A program made the translations under genes and the position numbers. The notes below the pieces were generated by a model. It saw only the letters and a list, made by a program, of their open reading frames with translations. It was not told the origin of the DNA and searched no databases. 30,477 nucleotides of DNA. Source: a virus. Location: IMG/VR virus record IMGVR_UViG_3300044723_010558, one strand, 5' to 3'. The number at the start of each line of letters is the position of its first letter. The first letter of the stretch is position 1. Below are positions 9,346 to 17,500 of the stretch, piece after piece.

Positions 9346-10371
9346 ATGTCAACTCAATCATTTAATGCATCTTTATTAGATTTATTGCCAGATACTATCA
9401 TAGAATTATACGAACTAGATTTAGGCGAACAAGATGGTCTTTTTAGGTTTCATCCCGGTATAGTTTCGGCTTCTAATCTTATTTTTGATGGTAAAACCTA
9501 TTATTCGTTACCTGTTGATGCTAATGGGTTTGAAAAGAAAGGTGATGGTCGAATGCCTCGTCCAACGCTAACAGTTGCCAATCTAGATGGTTTGATGAGT
9601 GATATACTAAAAAGAAGACAAGATTTAGTAGGTCATTTATTTATCAGAAAAAGAACTTTTTTGAAATATATTGATGCAGCAAATTTCCCTAATAATTTTA
9701 ATCCTTTCGCAATACCGGACCCTGAGGCTCGTTTTTCTGATGATCAGTTTATTGTGAATAAAAAAAGTCAAGAAAATAAGTTTTATGTTGAATTTGAGCT
9801 TATTTCTCCTCTTGAGTATGAGGGGGCAAAACTTCCAGCTAGGGTTATGATTGCTAATTATTGCCCTTGGAAATATCGGGGCGCGGGTTGCAGATATGGC
9901 CAATTGACAGATTTTGATGAACAAAAAATTTTGGGTTTGCAAACAGCTGCAACTATTTTTGGAAATAACGGTAATTTAGGTATACCTTTGGCAGATGATA
10001 AGGATAAATTACTTTTTGAAAAAAATGGTTATAATTTAACAAGTATCCAATTTCGTGGCGATTACGATAAAACTATAACCAATTATGTTAAAGGTGATGT
10101 GGTTATAATGAGGCCAGCTGTAAAAATATTAAGCAAAATAGGTTTAAGTGACACACTGGAAAATACAGATGATCAATGTAATTTTTTCTATGTTTGTATA
10201 AAAGATAATGGCTCTACAGCAAAAGACCCTCGTTATGAAAAAGAATATTGGGTAGCAGATCAATGCTCTAAAACTCTCAACGGGTGCAAAATAAGATTCA
10301 AACACTATGGAGAATATACAAAAGGATTATCTTTCGGAGGGTTTCCCTCTATTGAATCTTATAGATTTTGA
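9346..10371 (+). CDS. gpL: Lambda gpL-like minor tail / tail-tip protein (Fe-S binding)
   Basis: IELYELDL, FHPG, GFEKKGDGRMPRPTLTVANLDG, RKRTFLKYID..NF, ENKFYVEFELISPL and the terminal FGGFP are all gpL hallmarks. The four Cys CPWKYRGAGC...DQCSKTLNGC..RF are intact (codons at 9862, 9889, 10264, 10285). Confidence 0.93.
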   Translation: MSTQSFNASLLDLLPDTIIELYELDLGEQDGLFRFHPGIVSASNLIFDGKTYYSLPVDANGFEKKGDGRMPRPTLTVANLDGLMSDILKRRQDLVGHLFIRKRTFLKYIDAANFPNNFNPFAIPDPEARFSDDQFIVNKKSQENKFYVEFELISPLEYEGAKLPARVMIANYCPWKYRGAGCRYGQLTDFDEQKILGLQTAATIFGNNGNLGIPLADDKDKLLFEKNGYNLTSIQFRGDYDKTITNYVKGDVVIMRPAVKILSKIGLSDTLENTDDQCNFFYVCIKDNGSTAKDPRYEKEYWVADQCSKTLNGCKIRFKHYGEYTKGLSFGGFPSIESYRF

Positions 10372-10705
10372 TGGTTTTTGTAGTCAAATAAAAAATTATT
10401 GCTGCGAATATGATTTTGAGTGCTGTGGAATAGCAACCTCAAAGAATCTTTATTTTCTTGAGAATATACATCCTATTAAAAATCTATTTTTTCAAATAGA
10501 TTCTCGAAAATATTTTAATATTATAAGCAAAGAAAACGTGCTTTTTATTTGGCATTCTCATGTTTTTGGATCTGCTGATCCAAGCGATTGTGATGTGGAG
10601 TATGCTTATGATCATCAGCACTCATCTCTTATCTATTCTGTCCAAGATAAAAATTTTTGTTTTTTTAGAGCAGATCCGTTCAAGTCAGTTTATTTTTCCA
10701 TTTAA
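10307..10705 (+). CDS. gpK: gpK-like tail assembly protein, JAB/MPN metalloprotease domain only
   Basis: ECCG plus an exact JAMM motif H-S-H-x7-S-x2-D (HSHVFGSADPSDCD), located between gpL and gpI. There is no room for an NlpC/P60 domain. The true start may be the TTG at 10352. Confidence 0.8.
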   Translation: MENIQKDYLSEGFPLLNLIDFDGFCSQIKNYCCEYDFECCGIATSKNLYFLENIHPIKNLFFQIDSRKYFNIISKENVLFIWHSHVFGSADPSDCDVEYAYDHQHSSLIYSVQDKNFCFFRADPFKSVYFSI

Positions 10706-10706
10706 A

Positions 10707-10722
10707 AGTGTATAATATAAGG
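10707..10722 (+). promoter_or_regulatory. Candidate -10 element (AGTGTATAAT) just upstream of gpI
   Basis: A perfect TATAAT at 10711-10716 ends 6 nt before the ATG at 10723, in one of the few intergenic gaps. There is no convincing -35, and TATAAT is common in this AT-rich window. Confidence 0.25.
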
Positions 10723-11379
10723 ATGACAAAGGTTAGTATTCATGGTCGATTTGGGGAAATAGTAGGTAAAACACACCAGTTTGCTTGCTGTAAGCTCTCT
10801 GAGATCTTTTCTGCCCTAGAAGCTAATACGGGTAAAGTTAAATCTTACATAACAAGAAATAAAAAAAGATCAATGAGCGTTTTTGTTGATGGCGTAGCCG
10901 TACAGGAAAAAAACTTTAATTTAGTCAACGTAAAAAATAAAGAAGTAGTTATTTTGCCTATTTTGATGGGGGCAGTGGGGTTTACTCTTATGATAGCTTT
11001 AAGCGCAACTGCAACATCAATTGGCACATTAAGTGTTGGGGCTATTATTGCTGCCGTAGTCATCAATATTGCTTTTGCTATTGGGATGAGCTTATTGATG
11101 AGTAAGTTGTTGGCTCCAGATGACCCTGATACAGCTTCAACTAGCTCTTATATTTTTGCACAAGCAGAAAACAATACTAGACAGGGTGTTCCGGTGCCTG
11201 TTGGATATGGTCGCTTTAAGGTGGGATCTACAGTTATATCTGTAAATTTGTTAAGTATAGATAAAGCGATAGCTTCAGGGCAAGGGTTTTATGATAAGTT
11301 GTTTAACAATATAACCCAAGAATCTCCATCAGAAGACTCAATAGACATTACTTCATCAGCTTTAGCTAGATCTATTTAA
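10723..11379 (+). CDS. gpI: Lambda gpI-like tail assembly protein
   Basis: M-T-K-V-S-I-H-G-R-F-G start, ubiquitin-like domain ending VVILPILMGA, hydrophobic Ala/Ile-rich stretch, then SYIF....N.TRQGVPVPVGYGRFKVGSTVIS. The ATG at 10723 is preferred over the tracked GTG at 10708 because gpI homologs begin at the V.L.G.LG-type motif. Confidence 0.88.
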   Translation: MTKVSIHGRFGEIVGKTHQFACCKLSEIFSALEANTGKVKSYITRNKKRSMSVFVDGVAVQEKNFNLVNVKNKEVVILPILMGAVGFTLMIALSATATSIGTLSVGAIIAAVVINIAFAIGMSLLMSKLLAPDDPDTASTSSYIFAQAENNTRQGVPVPVGYGRFKVGSTVISVNLLSIDKAIASGQGFYDKLFNNITQESPSEDSIDITSSALARSI

Positions 11380-11380
11380 T

Positions 11381-14300
11381 ATGAGCCACGAAGAAAAATT
11401 AGACACATTCATATCGCGATGGAATAACTTAGGGCCTAAAACAATATGTCCATCTGTAGTTTTTGCTTCAACTATCACACAAGGCCCACATTTAGGTATG
11501 GTTGGTATAGATAGAGCCGTGGCTCACCATAAAGATTTAAAAAAAGAATCTACTTCTTTTTATCAAACTGTTGATATTTTATCGGAAGGTGAAGTTCACG
11601 GTTTATGTGATGCTTTTGGGCAATCTATCTTTTTATCTAACGACCAAAATAAAAATAGCGATTATTTTAAAGGCATATATTTAAATGACACACCAGTAAA
11701 AAATACTAAAACAAATACGTATAATTATAGAACAGCTTTTTCAGAAATAAGATTAGGTACAGAAGACCAATTACATTTTTCAGATCTAACGCAGGGCTTG
11801 TCTTTTGCTAAATCATCTCAGACGTTTAATTATAATGTTCAATTATTTGCTAATGTTTTTGACACAGCTTTAAAGAACGTGACAGTAAAAGGTCAAGAAT
11901 TAAAATTTTTAGATGGAGATAATAATAGGAGTGGTTATCCATATGATACAGTTATACCAACTATATATAAACCTGATTTTATATATTCAGAATTTCCCTT
12001 TGTTCATACTGTGACAAATCATAATGTAGATTCTGTTGTTATTAATGTAGCTTATACAGGACGATATCAATCTAGCAGTGGAAGTGCTTATTCAGCTGGA
12101 GTAACTTTTGTAATAGAGGTGGGGCATGTTGGCGATGAATTAAGTCTAGGGGAAGGTGGTTCGGTTGGTTATGTAGTTTGTTCTATTAGAGGTTTGGCTT
12201 CTTCTGAATATATCAGAAGTCATCACATTCCTCTTCCTGATTCAGGCGGAACGAAATATAGATTTGTTAGAGTGACTAGAGTTGATAGAGATTTTGGGCC
12301 AGCATTTGTTCAGGGAGATAAAAGTTTGGCTATAAATTCTATAGTAGAAAATATATCAGAAAAGCTAAGGTATCCGAATAGCACTTTAATCGCTAATATT
12401 TTTGATGCTTCAGCATTTGGGCAAATACCAAAAAGATCATATGATTTAAAACTTTTAAAAATTAATGTGCCCTCTAATTATGATCCTGAATCAAAAATAT
12501 ATTCTGGAAACTGGAATGGCACATTTGCCCCAAATAAACAATGGTCTGATAATCCAGCATGGATTTTGTACGATATCATTACTAACAATAGGTATGGTTT
12601 AGGGAAATATGCTTTTCAGCAAGCTATGCTAGATAAATGGAATTTATATTCTATTGGTAAATATTGCGATGAATTGCTGCCAACTGGTAATACTGGATTA
12701 CAACCGCCAATAGGTTTTTCTACAGACTCTTCTTCCGCTATATTTAGCATACCTATTACAAGTGAAAACACAAGGACGGATCTACAGTCTATATTTGAAG
12801 TGGGCTCAGAAATTTGTTTTTTAGATTTAAAAAATAGTTCATCTGAAGATGTAAATTTGAATTATAGAGCTATAATAAAAAAAACACGGATTGATGGGCT
12901 AGTATTTAAATTTGAAATTGTTAGAGATTTTGGGGTGGATAAAATATTTTTTGATTATCCTGAACTTAAAAGAGCTTACCTTTATCAGAGAGGGAATTCT
13001 TCTCAGAGCGCTAAAAAATGGCTAATAGATTTGTTAATTAATAAACAAGCAGAATCTTACTTATCAAACAGTAGGTCTGCAATTTTTTATAATTATTACT
13101 ACAATTCATATTCTTTAAACTCTTCTGTAACATCTGGTTATATAGTTAGGCAATATGAAAATGAGAGACCTATTTTAGAACCGAGATTTGCTTGCAACAT
13201 TGTATTCACAGGGCAAGACGAAGCTTTAAATACTATTAATAATATTGCTGCTGTTTTTAGAGGTATAACCTATTGGAATGAAGGGCTAGTTTATCCATCT
13301 ATAGATAAATTAAAGGACCCAATTTTGATGTTTAATAATAGTAATGTTGTTGGGGGTAGCTTTGGTTACACAGGGAGCGCAAAAACATCTAGAACCTCCA
13401 GTGTTGTTGTTAGATACAACGATGCTGATGACAATTTTAAAACTAAAGTCGCATACGCTGAAGATTTTGCTGCTTTGAGGCAATTTGGCTATAATGAGCA
13501 AGAAGTAGTAGCAATAGGCACAACATCACGATCCCAAGCCAAAAGAATCGCAGATTGGATTTTATATACAAATCAAACAGAAACTGATGTGGTGCAGTTT
13601 TCAACAGGGCAGGAAGGTAGTATTTTATTGCCGGGAGATATTATTTTAATACAAGATAATTTTAAATCAATCAATAGATACGGAGGTAGAATCAGTAATA
13701 TTAATTTTAGAGATAAAAGCGTTACTTTAGACAAGGGCATAAAAGAAAATATTGTTGGTCAAAAAATATATTTTATGGTGCCTAAATCTACAACTTCTTC
13801 TAAAGATCTTTCTAATTTAGCGAAACAAAGGCAAAACACAAATAATAAAGGGATAACAGATTCGGAAATTGACAATCAAACTACCCCGCAAATCAAATAC
13901 TTTACAATAGCATCAGTGTCTGACGGCAACGTGGTAACCATAAATGAAACAACAGACCCAGATTTTAATTTAATCACCAGAGGAACAATATGGTCTGTGG
14001 AAAATTCTAATACAGGATATGATATAAAAGGAATAAAATATCGTGTGTTGTCTGTGGAAGAAAAAGCGTTAAATGAGTTTATGATTACAGCAATGATGTA
14101 TAATGCAACTAAATTCGAAGCCTTAGAAAGAAATAAGAACTTAGAAGAAAATCAAAACTCAGATGAGCTTAAATTTAGTTTATCTGATTATCCAACCAAG
14201 ACAGTTGCAAGTGATAGTTTCACTACTTCTGACGCAAATATAGATGATCAAATTTACGATGCTTATTTTGTTAAAGAAAAAAGCGATGACGACATAAAAT

Positions 14301-14524
14301 TAGAAGTAACTTTTGATTTTGGCACTGAAGACTTAAGTAATATTGGTGGTTACGTGGTAGATTTTTTTGTTTTGGGTAAAAATTTAAGATTTTGTCTAGA
14401 TGGTAGCGATAATAGAAGTTTTTCTGTATTTTTAGGAAATAGAAGTTTATTTCCTGAAAAAGGTTACGGTTATAAAGTGTATGTATATGATAAGGATTTC
14501 AAATTAGAACAATTGAATATTTAA
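11381..14524 (+). CDS. gpJ: Lambda gpJ-like baseplate hub / central tail fibre protein
   Basis: DILSEGEVHGL, IYLNDTPV, LRYPNSTL, F..IPKRSY, YSGNWNGTF...WSDNPAWILYDIITNNRYGLG, YCDE, EPRFACN, VRYND.DDNFK, IGTTSRSQAKRIADWILYTN..ET..V.F.TG.EG..L.PGDII.IQD, RYGGRI, YRVLSVEE. All are gpJ-family motifs in the expected order. Confidence 0.93.
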   Translation: MSHEEKLDTFISRWNNLGPKTICPSVVFASTITQGPHLGMVGIDRAVAHHKDLKKESTSFYQTVDILSEGEVHGLCDAFGQSIFLSNDQNKNSDYFKGIYLNDTPVKNTKTNTYNYRTAFSEIRLGTEDQLHFSDLTQGLSFAKSSQTFNYNVQLFANVFDTALKNVTVKGQELKFLDGDNNRSGYPYDTVIPTIYKPDFIYSEFPFVHTVTNHNVDSVVINVAYTGRYQSSSGSAYSAGVTFVIEVGHVGDELSLGEGGSVGYVVCSIRGLASSEYIRSHHIPLPDSGGTKYRFVRVTRVDRDFGPAFVQGDKSLAINSIVENISEKLRYPNSTLIANIFDASAFGQIPKRSYDLKLLKINVPSNYDPESKIYSGNWNGTFAPNKQWSDNPAWILYDIITNNRYGLGKYAFQQAMLDKWNLYSIGKYCDELLPTGNTGLQPPIGFSTDSSSAIFSIPITSENTRTDLQSIFEVGSEICFLDLKNSSSEDVNLNYRAIIKKTRIDGLVFKFEIVRDFGVDKIFFDYPELKRAYLYQRGNSSQSAKKWLIDLLINKQAESYLSNSRSAIFYNYYYNSYSLNSSVTSGYIVRQYENERPILEPRFACNIVFTGQDEALNTINNIAAVFRGITYWNEGLVYPSIDKLKDPILMFNNSNVVGGSFGYTGSAKTSRTSSVVVRYNDADDNFKTKVAYAEDFAALRQFGYNEQEVVAIGTTSRSQAKRIADWILYTNQTETDVVQFSTGQEGSILLPGDIILIQDNFKSINRYGGRISNINFRDKSVTLDKGIKENIVGQKIYFMVPKSTTSSKDLSNLAKQRQNTNNKGITDSEIDNQTTPQIKYFTIASVSDGNVVTINETTDPDFNLITRGTIWSVENSNTGYDIKGIKYRVLSVEEKALNEFMITAMMYNATKFEALERNKNLEENQNSDELKFSLSDYPTKTVASDSFTTSDANIDDQIYDAYFVKEKSDDDIKLEVTFDFGTEDLSNIGGYVVDFFVLGKNLRFCLDGSDNRSFSVFLGNRSLFPEKGYGYKVYVYDKDFKLEQLNI

Positions 14525-14528
14525 AAAT

Positions 14529-17500
14529 ATGAGTTTTACTAAATATCTATCCCAAACACCTCAAGATTTTGGGCAAGCTTTACAGGTATCCGGGTTTTCC
14601 GTAACAAATTCAGCTGCAGACGCATCGTATGTTGCTAATTTAACGCCAACTTCTGACCCGTTGTTTATCAGCGGAAGCGGCGTACCTGCGGGAGCTTTAA
14701 TATCAAGTGGTGATTTTTGGAGAGAAAACCCATATATACAATGGAGCTTATATAACCCTACCAACAATAAAGTTTATGATAATCAAAAATTATCCAGTTT
14801 AAATTTTTTCTCAGGTTTTGACTTAAGCATTAAAGATGAAACTGGTCTACTTATTTCAACGCTAGAGACGGGATACTATAAAAATTATTATGAGATAGAT
14901 ATTAATAGTTTAAAAGATGATTTTGATTATTTTAGTGGGTTAGATGAAAGAAGGTTCAGATTTGAGGTAGTTTCAAATGATTATTATGGCAGAAAACATA
15001 CAGGTATTTTCTTTTTGACCTGTGAAAGACCAGATATCACGGGGCTATCGGCCTATATAGGAAAAGAAATAGTTTTCTTACCGGAATTCTCTAAAAATTC
15101 AGGTGTCAACGCTTTGCATTTGTGTATAGGAACTGGAGCTAATTTTGATGTTTTAGAAACAGGATCTGCTAATAATCCAATTGCTAAAATGCAAATTAGG
15201 CCTGACAATGGCGATGTTAGCAATTTTAGATACCAGCATCAGCCACCATTAAATTCAGGTTATTACTATGGGTTTTACGCTGAAGACGTTTATGGCACTG
15301 GAGCAGCTTATATTTATCCTTCGTCGATAAAACCTTTTGAAATAGATCCTTTACATTACAATATAAAACCTTCTGGTTTTAGAGGCAAAGTGATTGTAGA
15401 AAGAGATTCTTTAAATAAAGATATAAAACCTTATTTTAAAGCATCGATAAACAAAGATTTTACTTTGGACAAAACTCAATATGAAGTTTTTGTTTTTCAA
15501 AGTGGGTCTAGAGAACTAGAAGATTCATTTTCAATAGATTCCCAGTCGATTAAAAATGTTAAATATTATGTTCATGGTAGCGGAGAAAATAGGATAGATT
15601 CTTTATTTTATTCTGGGGACAGATTCAGGGGTCAAGATTACTATTATAGTGGCGCGAATTCAGAGCCTGTATTTTCTGTTTACAATACTACAGGTATTCA
15701 ATGGAAAGAGCACACAATTATATTGGATAATCAAGCTTCTTTACCCGGAGGTTATTATACAGGTCAATCACCTGTAACAGAAATAGCTATAGCAGCAGGT
15801 AATACTACTGGAAACAAGATTTATTTGGGGGTTGAAATAGATCCTGATAGTAAACAATTTTATTTTTATCCTTCTGGGGGATATTATGGATCTGGTATTT
15901 ATACAGGAACTTATGCGACTTCTTTAACTGGCGGCTATTATGTTTATGAAAATTATGGCCCAAGTGGTCCAAGCGGTCCAAGTGGTCCAAGTGGACCAAC
16001 AGGTCCACAATCAAGTGGATACGCTACACAGATTACGGGCATAACAGGATCTTTAGTGGCAACTAATTTGTCTGGGTTCATATCTACAAATTACGAGCCT
16101 AATTTTTCATATAATCTTTCTCCTGATAACGAATATTATTTCAAAATACGTCCTATTGATAGGTACGGAAAGAAAGGTTCATTTAGTGATTTAATTTATA
16201 TTAGCTCTAATGACATTACGTCTGCTGTTACTGGCGCAGGATATACCACAGGTATCATTAATGGTGATACTGCAAGTGGTATAGCTTATTATAATGCAGA
16301 TTTAGATGTCTTAAATATTTCTGATAGAGTTCTTGCTAGCGGAGAAGGTTTATCTCTTAGCGGTTATTTGTATGATACTACAGGCTCTACCGGAGCAGCA
16401 GGTTATGTTTTAACTTCTAGAGAAAGCGGCGTTTTCTGGGAAGAAGTTGGCCAAGGAGATGGTACTATTAGTGGCAGCGGTACTGCGACCTACATACCAA
16501 TGTGGTCTGGCACAACTGAACTAACAGACAGTAATATATATCAAAGTGGATCTAGTATCGGTATTGGAACGACCAGCCCCGGTAAAGATTTACATATTGT
16601 TGGTGATACTCGTTTAGAAGGCTATCTTTACGATTACAACAACACAACTGGTGCAGCCGGTTATGTGTTAACATCAGAAGAAAATGGTCCTCAGTGGAAA
16701 CAGATTGAAGACGTATTGTCTGGTGTTGGCGGTAGCGGCGCGACTAACTATGTTGCTAAATGGTCTGATGAAGATACATTAACAACAGGTATTTTATACG
16801 ACAACGGTACTAGTGTTGGTATTGGCACGACTACTCTTGCTGAAGCTTTAACAGTTAATGGTAGAGTAGAAGCTGACGAATTTATTGGCGATTTAAGAGG
16901 GCCAGTAGTATTTAAAGCTAATGCTGGAGAAGCTATCACAAAAGGCGAAGCGGTATATATTTCTGGTATTAGCGGCAACAAAACTGTTGTTGCTCTTGCT
17001 GATGCAGATAATGCATCAAAGATGCCAGCATTTGGTGTAGCTTATGAAACAGTTAGTCAAAATTCTGATATTACTATTGTTACTTTTGGTATTGTTACTA
17101 ACTTAGATACTTCTGCTTACAGTGAAGGTACTGAGTTGTTTGTTTCTACAGTGCCCGGACAACTCACAGGAGTTGCACCTACCGGTGAATCTGCTTTACT
17201 GCAAAAACTTACAAAAGTAACCAGATCAGATAATTCTGCTGGTTCCATGACGGTAATGGGCGCTGGTAGAACTAATGCTGTACCAAACTTAAATGAGGGC
17301 AGATTATTTGTTGGTAATGCAAATGATGAGCCTGTAGCAGATGGTACTGTTCATATTGATATTGCTAATTCTAAAGTTGGTATAGGTACTTCTACTCCGT
17401 CTACAGAACTGCATGTTACAGGCAAAGTAACTATAGAAACTATAGATTTAGATGCTTCTTTAACTGAATTTTTAGTTATTGATAGTTCCGGGGAAATACA

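Noticed and set aside
14505-14535. Programmed frameshift fusing gpJ to the giant fibre
   Set aside because: No in-frame X-XXY-YYZ slippery heptamer precedes the gpJ stop, the giant ORF has its own ATG 4 nt downstream, and its frame has a stop at 14514.
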